Positions 1 to 9,484 of a stretch of 22,832 nucleotides of DNA are shown here, piece after piece. The stretch's first letter is position 1. Each line of letters starts with the position of its first letter. Where the stretch lies: assembly GCA_037137535.1 (NCBI GenBank), contig JBAXKC010000039.1, positions 1 to 22,832 of the forward strand. Reading direction: 5' to 3'. The notes beneath the pieces were generated by a model that was not told the DNA's origin, searched no databases, and saw nothing but the letters and a program-made list of their open reading frames with translations. Source of the DNA: a bacterium. GTDB taxonomy: Bacteria; Cyanobacteriota; Vampirovibrionia; Gastranaerophilales; JBAXKC01. Position numbers and translations under genes: made by a program.

Positions 1-47
1 TTTACATAGGAGTCACTAAGTTTTAAATAGGGGGATTTTTTGGGGGC

Positions 48-314
48 ATGTCAAACTCAAGCTGGAGACTATATCGAAAAAGATGGATTATTGAAACAAT
101 ATTTAGGGATTTAAAGTCCTATTTACACTTAGAGGAATGTTATGCAAGAACTTTAAAAGCTCAAATCAACCATATAAATGCCTGTATGGATGCTTTTTTA
201 TTCTTGAAAAACAAATATCCTGACAAGAGTATCGAAACCGCTCGGCAGGATTATTTGAACATTTATCATTCTGAAAAAGTCAATAATTATGCTGCTTTAT
301 CTTGTGCTGCGTAA
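48..314 (+). pseudogene. Truncated transposase, C-terminal 88 aa
   Basis: YREK motif followed by LEECYARTLKAQINHI. Too short to hold the full DDE triad. Confidence 0.75.
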
Positions 315-320
315 CTCCTG
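48..320 (+). mobile_element. IS701/IS4-type insertion sequence remnant (3' part of DDE transposase plus right terminal inverted repeat)
   Basis: ORF 48..314 has the Y-x2-R-x3-E-x6-K signature (YRKRWIIETIFRDLK). Its stop lies inside TGCGTAACTCCTG (308-320), an IS701-like end. An in-frame stop at 24-26 shows the N-terminal part is missing in this frame. Confidence 0.75.
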
Positions 321-1525
321 TTATATAAATATTCTTTGTCATAGCTTTCATTCAAATTATTTTGCCAATATTCAATATTATCCTCATATTTGAAAAGATA
401 GCCAATATATAATAAAACCCAATAATTGTCCATATAGCTTTCTTTCTTCATTTTTTTAAAATCAGATCGCCTTACTTCAAGTGCTTTGTTATAATATTCA
501 AACGCTTTATCAGCATTATTATTCTTTCTGAAATCTTCAGCAACATTAAAATAATTAAACATTCTATTAAGCTTATCGATATTTATATATTTTTCAAGAT
601 TAATAAGTGCATATGGTATATCACTATAGTAGTAAGATCTAGCCATAGATCCATAAAAACTTCCACATTCAACTTTAATAAAGGAAGATACAAAAAAAGT
701 ATTTTTTATATCTTCTGTTATTAAATCCTGATATTTGATTATAAGATCCCACCGCTTTTGCTCTTCACATATTGATATAAAGGAAAAAAAGTATATCGGT
801 GAAATACTAACGAATTTAGGATATAAGTTAAAACCTTTTTCATAATACTCTATAGCTTTTTCATAACCACCGTTATAAGAATAATTTTTTTCCAAGAAAA
901 AATAACAAAGAGCTATATAATAATACGAGGATTGATATCTACCAACACCAATATTAATAATTTTACAATAATAATTAATTGCAGTATTAAAATCACCTAA
1001 TGAATGACATAATTTACCTATAAATAGCAAAATGAACGATAATAATCTTTTATATAGGTAAATCAGAATACTATTTTTTGTTTTAACATTAGTTTTAGTT
1101 GACAAAATCAATAATTTATCACTAACACAATTTATATTTTTATCTTCAATCGTTTCATTTGTAGGTTTAATTTTTCTTGCTATTATGGAAACAATAGACA
1201 TCAAGAGTAAAGTATAAGACATTAAATACCGTGCTTCATAAGTATGATTAAATAATTGATAAATGTAAGAAATAAAATATAATATAATAATAAGATAGAT
1301 AATTAATTTTAATATTTTTAATAAACTACTGTTTTTTTTATATTTATAAATTAAATCGAAATATTCAAATCGAATAAAAAGAAGGAACAAAGCTAACGAC
1401 AATAATAAACTTTTATTAAATATATAAAATACTAACACCGTAGCAAGGATAAGAATTAACGCAGCTAAAAAATTATTACAAAATTCTAATAATTGCTTAT
1501 TAATTCCTAGGAGCTTTTTTTTCAT
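287..1525 (-). CDS. Membrane-anchored TPR-repeat protein; C-terminus derived from the IS end
   Basis: Several N-terminal hydrophobic segments and TPR-like helices (GDFNTAINYYCK, YEKAIEYYEKG, KAFEYYNKALE). Strong SD AAGGAGG at about 1530-1536. Confidence 0.75.
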   Translation of the reverse strand: MKKKLLGINKQLLEFCNNFLAALILILATVLVFYIFNKSLLLSLALFLLFIRFEYFDLIYKYKKNSSLLKILKLIIYLIIILYFISYIYQLFNHTYEARYLMSYTLLLMSIVSIIARKIKPTNETIEDKNINCVSDKLLILSTKTNVKTKNSILIYLYKRLLSFILLFIGKLCHSLGDFNTAINYYCKIINIGVGRYQSSYYYIALCYFFLEKNYSYNGGYEKAIEYYEKGFNLYPKFVSISPIYFFSFISICEEQKRWDLIIKYQDLITEDIKNTFFVSSFIKVECGSFYGSMARSYYYSDIPYALINLEKYINIDKLNRMFNYFNVAEDFRKNNNADKAFEYYNKALEVRRSDFKKMKKESYMDNYWVLLYIGYLFKYEDNIEYWQNNLNESYDKEYLYNRSYAAQDKAA

Positions 1526-1593
1526 CTTTCCTCCTTAAATAAAGTGTTTATATTTTATTTAAAATTAAATTCCATATTTCCCAAACAAAAAAA

Positions 1594-1944
1594 TCAATCT
1601 AACTTAGAAAATACTTGTTTTAATTCGTTAGATTTATCCTTTTGATTATCGCTTCTTTTTATAAGTAATTTTGTTAAATACTTTAGAGCTTTATGCCCAT
1701 CTTCATAATTATCCAAAGTGAAGATAGTCTTAATCGCAACTGATTTAGCATCTTCGTTGAAATTAATTTGTTGAAGCATAAATTGATCGCCCTCAGTTGC
1801 TTCAACAATATGCTTCATCCAATCAGATCTGCGTTCTGGTGATCCACCAATAAATTCAGGTTGTTCTGCAATATTTGCTGATAATACCCCCAACTCCTTA
1901 GTCGGAAGCCTTCCAAAAGATATATTTTTTATTCCAATATTCAT
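1594..1944 (-). CDS. Hypothetical protein with N-terminal KNISFG motif
   Basis: 116-aa ORF with SD AAGGAG (1958-1953) 8 nt before the ATG. No family recognised. Confidence 0.75.
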   Translation of the reverse strand: MNIGIKNISFGRLPTKELGVLSANIAEQPEFIGGSPERRSDWMKHIVEATEGDQFMLQQINFNEDAKSVAIKTIFTLDNYEDGHKALKYLTKLLIKRSDNQKDKSNELKQVFSKLD

Positions 1945-1978
1945 TTATATTTCTCCTTTTTAAATTATATTAAATAAC

Positions 1979-2293
1979 TTACTCCAAAACCCCATTCAAA
2001 ATCTCGACCAAATCGTCAACATTCCCTTTTATATAAAGGATTTTATTTTTATTCTTCTCACCTGAAACAATTTTTATAGATGATTTTGAAACCTTAAAAA
2101 CTTTTGATAGAAATTTAATGCATTTTTCATTGGCTTTTCCCTCAACGGGAGGAACGTCAAGCTTAACTCTTAAACTGTTTTCGATAAGTCCTGATATTTC
2201 GCATTTTGAGGAATTCGGCGTTACCCTCACGCTGATCTTTATGCCGTCATCATATATGTTTGCATTAATTTGAGTATTTTTAATTATTTTCAT
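1979..2293 (-). CDS. yggU: DUF167/YggU family protein
   Basis: Motifs VRVTPNS, PPVEGKAN, I+SGEK.K.K; typical size of about 100 aa. Confidence 0.9.
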   Translation of the reverse strand: MKIIKNTQINANIYDDGIKISVRVTPNSSKCEISGLIENSLRVKLDVPPVEGKANEKCIKFLSKVFKVSKSSIKIVSGEKNKNKILYIKGNVDDLVEILNGVLE

Positions 2294-2360
2294 TCTAGCT
2301 TTTATTCTAAATAAGCGGTAAAATAAGTATCTATGAGAATATTATACAAAAGAAAGAATT

Positions 2361-4520
2361 ATGGAAAGCGCAACATTATTTGATCAACTTGATTCTATAT
2401 TAAAAGAACAAAAAAGACCTGATGAAGATATTCAAAAAATCAAGTCAGCTTATGAGTTTGCCGCAAGACTACATCAAGGGCAATACAGAGTAAGTGAAGA
2501 GCCTTATATTGTCCATCCTGTAGAAGTTTCATGCATATTAGCAAATTTAGAAGCTGATACCGATACTATAATTGCTTCACTTTTACATGATATTTTAGAA
2601 GACACCGACACAAAGCCTGAAGAGATAGAAAAATTATACGGAAAAGATGTAATTACGCTTGTAAACGGTGTAACCAAATTAAGCAAATACAGCTTTAGCT
2701 CAAAAGAAGAAAGACAAGCTGAAAATTTCCGTAAAATGTTTTTAGCAATGGCGGAAGATGTCAGAGTTATCTTATTAAAACTCGCTGACAGACTTCATAA
2801 TATGAGAACCTTAAACTATATGGCTCCTCATAAACAGAAAAAGATTGCAGAAGAAACTTTAGAGATTTTTGCACCTTTAGCTAACCGCTTAGGTATGAAC
2901 AGAATAAAAATCGAGCTTGAAGATTTGTCTTTAAGATATATAAATCCTGAAAAATACTTTGAAATAGCTCAACTTGTTTCTCAAAGCAAAGCAGAACGAG
3001 ATCAAACTGTTCAAGCTATTGTAAACAGAGTTCAAACAAGCCTTAAAAGTTTGAATATTAACGCTATTATTACAGGAAGAGCAAAAAACTTTTACAGCAT
3101 ATACTCTAAAATGCAAAGAAAACAAAAGTCTTATCATGACTTATACGACATAAATGCAATAAGAATTATTGTTGATAACGAAAAAGAATGTTATGAAGTT
3201 CTTGGTGTAATTCACTCTGCCTTTAAACCAATACCCGGTAGATTTAAAGATTATATTGCAATGCCGAAAAGCAATTTATACAGATCACTTCATACCTCAG
3301 TAATTGGTCCTAGAGGGAAACCTGTTGAAGTTCAGATAAGAACCAGAGATATGCACGAAATCGCTGAATACGGGGTTGCGGCTCACTGGAAATATAAAGA
3401 AGCAGGAATGCCGACAACAGTAAACTCAAGCGATGAAAATAAATTTTCATGGCTCAGAAAGTTAGTTGAATTTCAAAACGATATCAAAGATGCGAAAGAG
3501 TACGTTGATAGCGTAAAGTTAGACTTATTCGGAGATCAGGTTTTTGTATTTACTCCGCAGGGTGAGGTTCTTGACCTTCCTAACGGTGCAACTCCTATTG
3601 ATTTTGCCTACCGTATTCATAGTGAAATCGGGCATAAATGCAGCGGAGCTTTGATTAACGGAAGAATTGTACCATTAGACACAAAACTTAGAAATGGCGA
3701 TATTATTGAAATTCTTACGAATAAGAACTCAAAGCCAAGACTTGACTGGATAAATATTGTTGCAACAAGCCAGACAAGAAGTAAAATTCGTCATTGGTTC
3801 AAGAAAAATCTGAAAGAAGACAATGGCAAAAAAGGTCATACCGCTTTAGAACAAGAGCTGGGCAAATCTGCGTTTGAGGACTATTTTAAAGCAGGAAAAC
3901 TTACCGAAATTGCAAAACAGCTTAACTATCAAAATGAACACGATATGTTTTGCGCAATAGGTCATGGAGAATTAACGCTTAATAAAGTAGTTAATCGATT
4001 AAAAGCCATTGATACAATTCCAAAAATAAAAACCTATAAACCGACAAGCACGACTAAAAACAGCAAAGTAATTGAAGGTCTTGAAGGTATGCTTTACCAC
4101 ATATCTAAATGTTGTACTCCTGTTCCGGGCGAGCCGATTATAGGAGTAATAACAAGAAGTCGTGGAGTAAGCGTTCACAGAGAAGATTGTAAAAACTTAG
4201 CCCTAGCCGATAATGAACGAATGATGCTCATTAATTGGTCAGGAGTTGATACAAGTAAGACTTTTGTTACTTATATTCAAGTTGAAGTAATAGACAGGCT
4301 TGGAGTGCTTAAAGACATTCTTACAAAAATTGCCGATAATAAAACTAACATTAACCATGCAAATATAAAAAATATCAGCAAATCAAGAGCAATTGTAGAA
4401 ATTGGGCTTGAAATTAAAGATATTGAACATTTAAACAAAATAACCAACAGCATATTAAGCATAAGCGATGTTTTATCAGTTAAACGACAAAAACCCGGTG
4501 CAGGTGTTAACTCTAAATAA
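2361..4520 (+). CDS. rel: Bifunctional (p)ppGpp synthetase/hydrolase (long RSH)
   Basis: HD motif LLHDILEDT, KLADRLHNMRT, synthetase RFKDYIA..PK.N.Y.SLHT, TGS (TPIDFAYRIHS), ZFD (KCCTP..HREDC) and C-terminal ACT domain. Confidence 0.97.
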   Translation: MESATLFDQLDSILKEQKRPDEDIQKIKSAYEFAARLHQGQYRVSEEPYIVHPVEVSCILANLEADTDTIIASLLHDILEDTDTKPEEIEKLYGKDVITLVNGVTKLSKYSFSSKEERQAENFRKMFLAMAEDVRVILLKLADRLHNMRTLNYMAPHKQKKIAEETLEIFAPLANRLGMNRIKIELEDLSLRYINPEKYFEIAQLVSQSKAERDQTVQAIVNRVQTSLKSLNINAIITGRAKNFYSIYSKMQRKQKSYHDLYDINAIRIIVDNEKECYEVLGVIHSAFKPIPGRFKDYIAMPKSNLYRSLHTSVIGPRGKPVEVQIRTRDMHEIAEYGVAAHWKYKEAGMPTTVNSSDENKFSWLRKLVEFQNDIKDAKEYVDSVKLDLFGDQVFVFTPQGEVLDLPNGATPIDFAYRIHSEIGHKCSGALINGRIVPLDTKLRNGDIIEILTNKNSKPRLDWINIVATSQTRSKIRHWFKKNLKEDNGKKGHTALEQELGKSAFEDYFKAGKLTEIAKQLNYQNEHDMFCAIGHGELTLNKVVNRLKAIDTIPKIKTYKPTSTTKNSKVIEGLEGMLYHISKCCTPVPGEPIIGVITRSRGVSVHREDCKNLALADNERMMLINWSGVDTSKTFVTYIQVEVIDRLGVLKDILTKIADNKTNINHANIKNISKSRAIVEIGLEIKDIEHLNKITNSILSISDVLSVKRQKPGAGVNSK

Positions 4521-4637
4521 TATTCCACTTTTGTACTAGGTTATAAAATAATATTAAGAATATAGAGAATAAAAACAAACTCTCAAACTGTTAAAATGAT
4601 TAAGAAATAAAATCAAAACAGAGGGAGTTTGTTTTTT

Positions 4638-4958
4638 ATGAGCAGTTTTTATGAAAATGTGTCTAAAAATGCATATTATAACTATCTAAACAGAATACAA
4701 AACAATTTACCTGTTAATAGTTTTGATGATTGGATATCAGCAGAAAAAAATCAGATAATTATAGAAAGAATAAAAGAAGAAGCATTCCTTCATTCAAAAG
4801 TATATGGTGAAGATGACCTTATTAATTGGATAACAGCTGAAAAAGAAATAAATGAAAGACTTAGATTTTTAGCGTACTATTTGCACGAATCAAATATTAA
4901 TAAATCAGCTGTGGATAATTGGAAAGAAGCAGAAAAAGTTTATATTGAACAATTTTAA
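4638..4958 (+). CDS. Protein with three tandem DUF2934-like repeats
   Basis: Three units of A[YF]...[DN]W..AEK. SD GAGGGAG (4621-4627) fits ATG 4638 better than TTG 4629. Confidence 0.7.
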   Translation: MSSFYENVSKNAYYNYLNRIQNNLPVNSFDDWISAEKNQIIIERIKEEAFLHSKVYGEDDLINWITAEKEINERLRFLAYYLHESNINKSAVDNWKEAEKVYIEQF

Positions 4959-4973
4959 CAGGGAGAAAAGTAT

Positions 4974-5309
4974 ATGTATGAAGGTATGATAGTATTTCAG
5001 TTAATTGGTTTATCAATTGCAGTTTTTCTATTAATTCATTCAATGAAACAAATAGGGCTAATCAAAGTAATTTCTGTCAGTTTCAGCATATTTATAATAC
5101 TGGCTACATTTTTATTAATGATCTTTACTTTAATACGAGCACACAAGTACAGAGGAATGATGTATCCACCAAATCCACAAATAATGAAAAAACATTGCGG
5201 TGGTTATCAATCTTTTGTACCGCCTACAACAGTAAGAGAAGTAATACTTTTAAAAATCCCTAACAATAAACAAGGTTGTCCAGATATAAAAATAAGTAAT
5301 TTTAAATAA
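4974..5309 (+). CDS. Hypothetical membrane protein (2 TM segments)
   Basis: SD GGGAG upstream, two hydrophobic segments, followed by a terminator. Confidence 0.7.
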   Translation: MYEGMIVFQLIGLSIAVFLLIHSMKQIGLIKVISVSFSIFIILATFLLMIFTLIRAHKYRGMMYPPNPQIMKKHCGGYQSFVPPTTVREVILLKIPNNKQGCPDIKISNFK

Positions 5310-5330
5310 ACTGTTAAATATATTTTGCAA

Positions 5331-5371
5331 ATCCTGATAGCTTATAAATAAAAGCTATCAGGATACTTTTT
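5331..5371 (+). terminator. Intrinsic terminator
   Basis: ATCCTGATAGCTT / AAGCTATCAGGAT 13-bp stem followed by ACTTTTT. Confidence 0.75.
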
Positions 5372-5482
5372 ATAATCATGTTACAAATTTAATACAAAAG
5401 AACAAAATGACTATTAATCTTTTATTTGTTCTGACTTTATATAAAGCAAGTGGAGTCATACAATTAAAGAGTGGGGGTTATA

Positions 5483-6427
5483 ATGTTAACTATAAATTCT
5501 CAAGTAATGAGAACGAGCTTAAACACAGTCAAACAAAGTTGCAACAAAGAAAACAAAACTCAATCAGCACCAAGCAACGACAAACATCAGAACTCAAGTA
5601 TTGCTGCTTATTCCAAAAATTATTATGTAGGATTTAACGGATTATTTGACAGAAAACCTCATCTTAATCACAATAATCTGATTAAGCATTTAGACGAAAA
5701 GCTAACACCTGACGAGATGAGAGTAATTAACAGAGCAGAAGTAAAGCATACTTTGGATAAATTATGTCAACATCCGGACAATCTCATTGCTAAAACAGAC
5801 GGATTTTACTATATGAAAGATAACACAATTGACCTTTTCACAAAAAAACCTGATGAAAATACAATGTTATCACAAGGAGTAACAGACTTTGTTTCTGCAC
5901 TTACAGGGCCAAAAGTAAATTTAGTGGAAACAATTAAAGCTACTCAAGAATATTTTAAAAACTTTTCATCAGAAAATCCTGACACAGAAGAAGGAATAAG
6001 AGCAGGTAAAATCCAAGAATTATTAAAGGTAAAACACGAAGGCTTAACCAGCTGGGATCCACCTGAAATAGTTGCTCAAAAAAAAGCTAAAGCAAATGAA
6101 ATAAAGTTACTCCGCTCGCTAAGTAATGATGACAAGCAACACCTAACTGAACTTGCAGACAAATTAGACGAAAAAATTGCAGGAAAAACGGATAAAACAG
6201 AAGCCTTATACTTAGTAAGCAAGCATTTTGAAAATAAAGCAAAAAATAACACCGAAAATGAAAAAGTAGCAGCAAGAAGTTTGTTTGCCTCAAAATTATT
6301 TACTGAAAAAGCTAAGCAAGCAGAAGAAGAACTAGCTTGGGGTGATGACGAAGAAGGTGAATCAGCAATTGATATTTGTTCAAAAGAGTTAAAAACAGAC
6401 TTAAAAGCAAATAAAAATGAAGATTAA
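5483..6427 (+). CDS. Hypothetical charged helical protein with low-complexity N-terminus ending KNYYVGFNG
   Basis: Long ORF. ATG 5483 follows GGGGG (5473-5477); the ORF track start is GTG 5471. No family recognised. Confidence 0.75.
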   Translation: MLTINSQVMRTSLNTVKQSCNKENKTQSAPSNDKHQNSSIAAYSKNYYVGFNGLFDRKPHLNHNNLIKHLDEKLTPDEMRVINRAEVKHTLDKLCQHPDNLIAKTDGFYYMKDNTIDLFTKKPDENTMLSQGVTDFVSALTGPKVNLVETIKATQEYFKNFSSENPDTEEGIRAGKIQELLKVKHEGLTSWDPPEIVAQKKAKANEIKLLRSLSNDDKQHLTELADKLDEKIAGKTDKTEALYLVSKHFENKAKNNTENEKVAARSLFASKLFTEKAKQAEEELAWGDDEEGESAIDICSKELKTDLKANKNED

Positions 6428-6451
6428 TTTGATACTTACAAGTTAATAAAC

Positions 6452-6483
6452 AAAAAATTAAACCCTCCAATGGAGGGTTTAAT
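6452..6483. terminator. Terminator hairpin between convergent genes
   Basis: ATTAAACCCTCCA / TGGAGGGTTTAAT inverted repeat with a T-tract on the minus strand. Confidence 0.8.
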
Positions 6484-6500
6484 AGCATCTAAGGTTTTAA

Positions 6501-7580
6501 TTATTCAGCTTCTTGATCCGAGGAATCTAAAGCGATCTTGTCATGAATTTCATTTAATTTTTTATTTTTTGACAAGTGGGACAACACTAACATTATAAAT
6601 AATATTACAATAACAAGAGCTAAATAAGACTTTTGACCGCCAACAAAGGTTGTTGCAATTGTACCTGCTGCAATACATAAAATATAAAGTACAAAAACAG
6701 TCTTATTATGGGAAAAACCGGCTTTTAACAATTTATGATGAATATGCTCCGAATCTGCAACGAAAGGATTAGCTCCTTTAGATAATCTTCTTAAAACAGA
6801 AAAGGAAATGTCTAAAATCGGTACAGCTAAAATCATTACAGGTAATAACATAGTAACTGCAACAGTTTTTAATACACCTGTTACAGCAAGTGCCGCAAGT
6901 GTAAAACCTGCAAACAATGCTCCTGAATCGCCCATAAATATTTTAGCTGGATTAAAGTTAAACAATAAAAAGCCCATCATAGAACCTGCGAGAATAGCCG
7001 CAACCAATGCACTTATCGGCTGATGAGTATGAACAGCAACAACACCAAGTGTTACGGCACTTATAGCGGTAATACCGCCCGCTAATCCATCAACACCATC
7101 AATGAAATTCATTGCATTACTAATGCCTACAAGCCAGAAAATTGTTAAAGGAATACTCAAAAGACCTAAAGAAAAACCACCGCCAAAATGACTTAAAAAA
7201 TCAATATTAACACCCAATAAACAGGCAACCAAAGCCGCTCCGATTTGAATAACAAGTTTAAACTTCGGTGTGAGATTATAAAGATCGTCAACCATACCAA
7301 GAAGAAACATAATGCTTCCACCGACAAGTATTCCTGATAAACCGTTACCATAAGGATAATTACGATTTAACAAAACCAATATAGCAAAAGTCAGAATCGT
7401 GCATAACCATATCGCAACACCGCCAAGTCTTGGTATTGGAGTTTTATGGACTTTTCTATCGTTAGGAATATCAACAAAACCCTTTTTAAGACAGTAAAAT
7501 CTAACTAAAGGTACGATAATTACCGCTAATATAAAGGAAATTCCAAATCCCCATATATGAAAATTTAAATTTGTAAAAAT
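6501..7580 (-). CDS. WecA/TagO-like undecaprenyl-phosphate GlcNAc-1-phosphate transferase (glycosyltransferase family 4), probable ATT start, 359 aa
   Basis: Motifs GMVDD, NAMNFIDGVDGL, FNFNPAKIFMGDSG and HIHH. The frame stays open upstream of 7379 and encodes the conserved DIPNDRKVHKTPIPRLGG. GGAGG (7593-7589) lies 8 nt before ATT 7580. Confidence 0.88.
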   Translation of the reverse strand: MFTNLNFHIWGFGISFILAVIIVPLVRFYCLKKGFVDIPNDRKVHKTPIPRLGGVAIWLCTILTFAILVLLNRNYPYGNGLSGILVGGSIMFLLGMVDDLYNLTPKFKLVIQIGAALVACLLGVNIDFLSHFGGGFSLGLLSIPLTIFWLVGISNAMNFIDGVDGLAGGITAISAVTLGVVAVHTHQPISALVAAILAGSMMGFLLFNFNPAKIFMGDSGALFAGFTLAALAVTGVLKTVAVTMLLPVMILAVPILDISFSVLRRLSKGANPFVADSEHIHHKLLKAGFSHNKTVFVLYILCIAAGTIATTFVGGQKSYLALVIVILFIMLVLSHLSKNKKLNEIHDKIALDSSDQEAE

Positions 7581-7612
7581 AAGTTTGTCCTCCGGATTAT
7601 TTAATACTTATT

Positions 7613-8872
7613 TTAAACCATTTCTGGATAAAGAGGATATTTTTTACATAATTGAATTGATCTTTCTTTTAATTCAGAAAGTTTTTCCTCATTATCAATA
7701 TTTTTAATTGCTTCGGCAATTATTTCACCAACAATTTCAAAATCAGCTGTTTTAAAGCCTCTTGAAGTTGCGGCAGGAGTTCCTAATCTTACACCACTTG
7801 TAACAAATGGCCCTTTAGGATCATCAGGAACAGTATTTTTATTAGCTGTAATGTGAACTCTTTCAAGTAAATCAGCTATTTCTCTACCTGTTCTGTCAAA
7901 TTTTCTTACATCAATAGTCAACATGTGATTATCGGTTCCACCGCTGACTAAGTCAATACCATTAGCATTTAGCGATTTTGCAAGAGCTTTAGCGTTATCA
8001 ATAACATCTTGTGAATATTGCTTGAATTCAGGTTTAAGAGCTTCTCCAAAAGAAACAGCTTTTGCAGCAATAACATGCTCCAAAGGTCCGCCTTGAATAC
8101 CTGGGAAAACAGCTTTATCAATTCCAGCGGCATGTTCAGCGTTGCACATAACCATTCCGCCTCTTGGACCTCTTAAAGTCTTATGAGTAGTTGTTGTAAT
8201 AAAATCAGCATAACCTACAGGTGACGGATGATGCCCTGTTGCAACAAGACCTGCAATATGAGCAATATCAGCCATTAATAAAGCACCGACTTTATCAGCA
8301 ACTTCTTTAAATCTTTTAAAATCAATAGTTCTAGGGTAAGCACTTGCTCCACAAATAATTAATTTTGGTTTATGCTCAATAGCAATTTTTTCAAGTTCGT
8401 CATAATCAATATAACCATTGCTGTCAGTTTTATAAGCAGCAAAATCGAAATAAAGTCCTGAGAAATTAGCAGGTGAACCATGGGTTAAATGACCACCATT
8501 AGATAAATCCATTCCTAAAACTTTATCACCCGGTTTAAGCGCATATAACATAACTGCCATATTAGCCTGAGCGCCGCTATGTGGCTGAACATTCGCATGC
8601 TCTACGCCAAAAAGCTGTTTTGCTCTTTCAACTGCCAATGATTCAACTTTATCTACAACTTCACAACCGTTATAAAATCTTTTATGAGGTTTGCCTTCCG
8701 CATATTTATTAGTTAAAACAGTACCCATAGCCGCAATTACAGCTGAGCTGGTAAAGTTTTCGCTTGCGATTAACTCTATTGTATTTCTTTGTCTGTCTAA
8801 TTCTTCAGAGATTAAGTCAGCGATTTGAGGATCAACACTTCTTATTAAATCAAGTTCCATTTCATCCACCAT
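7613..8872 (-). CDS. glyA: Serine hydroxymethyltransferase
   Basis: LIASENF, NKYAEG, NVQPHSG, GGHLTHG and PLP-lysine [13 protein letters not shown]. Alternative start at ATG 8860. Confidence 0.98.
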   Translation of the reverse strand: MVDEMELDLIRSVDPQIADLISEELDRQRNTIELIASENFTSSAVIAAMGTVLTNKYAEGKPHKRFYNGCEVVDKVESLAVERAKQLFGVEHANVQPHSGAQANMAVMLYALKPGDKVLGMDLSNGGHLTHGSPANFSGLYFDFAAYKTDSNGYIDYDELEKIAIEHKPKLIICGASAYPRTIDFKRFKEVADKVGALLMADIAHIAGLVATGHHPSPVGYADFITTTTHKTLRGPRGGMVMCNAEHAAGIDKAVFPGIQGGPLEHVIAAKAVSFGEALKPEFKQYSQDVIDNAKALAKSLNANGIDLVSGGTDNHMLTIDVRKFDRTGREIADLLERVHITANKNTVPDDPKGPFVTSGVRLGTPAATSRGFKTADFEIVGEIIAEAIKNIDNEEKLSELKERSIQLCKKYPLYPEMV

Positions 8873-9069
8873 TTCTAAAAACTATAGCTACAATTTATTG
8901 TATTAATTGTAGCAAAAAAACAATTATAGTTAATAATATAACACTTCATATAGTTATATTAATATTTGTAAAACAATTTAAGTATTACAATCATGAAACT
9001 AATAGACAAGGTTTTTATTATTATATAATCAAAAAAACTTGTTACTATTAATAGACTCGGAGGAAAATA

Positions 9070-9411
9070 ATGGTAGATTTAAATACCTCAAAAAATATGG
9101 TTTCATTTGGAGAAACGAATACAAATCTCAAAAAAGCTTATACCCAAGAGGGAACAGGCATTAAAAATGCTCTTATTGTAGGAGGCTCTCTTATAGCGAG
9201 TGTATGTGGTGCCCATGTTGCAAATAATTATATTCCCGTTTCTGATAAATATGTTAAAGTTATTAATGAAGGGAAAAATCTTCTTGGAGAAGAGGCTATA
9301 AAAATGGCTAAGTCTCAGAGAGGTCCACTTGCAATAGGAATAGGACTAGCAGTTGGTGCTTTAGCATCATTTTTCGGCACAAAAATGCTGTCAGATAAAA
9401 AAGAAGTTTAA
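9070..9411 (+). CDS. Small protein with N-terminal KNMVSFG motif and two Gly/Ala-rich hydrophobic segments
   Basis: SD GGAGG, own terminator, segments ALIVGGSLIASVCGA and LAIGIGLAVGALASFFG. Confidence 0.8.
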   Translation: MVDLNTSKNMVSFGETNTNLKKAYTQEGTGIKNALIVGGSLIASVCGAHVANNYIPVSDKYVKVINEGKNLLGEEAIKMAKSQRGPLAIGIGLAVGALASFFGTKMLSDKKEV

Positions 9412-9424
9412 AAAAGGTTTAAAA

Positions 9425-9462
9425 TAAAAAGCAGCTGATAAAAGATTATCAGCTGCTTTTTA
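9425..9462. terminator. Bidirectional intrinsic terminator
   Basis: TAAAAAGCAGCTGATAA-AAGA-TTATCAGCTGCTTTTTA between convergent genes. Confidence 0.88.
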
Positions 9463-9484
9463 GTAAATATTATATAATGTTAAA

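Noticed and set aside
2504-4528. Antisense ORFs 2504..2686, 2931..3137 and 4277..4528
   Set aside because: Shadows of rel with no SD or recognisable motif.
5407-6293. ORFs 5407..5637 (+) and 6087..6293 (-)
   Set aside because: Out-of-frame or antisense overlaps of the longer 5483..6427 gene.
6808-9051. ORFs 6808..7023 and 8764..9051 (+)
   Set aside because: Antisense to the wecA-like gene and glyA; no supporting signals.
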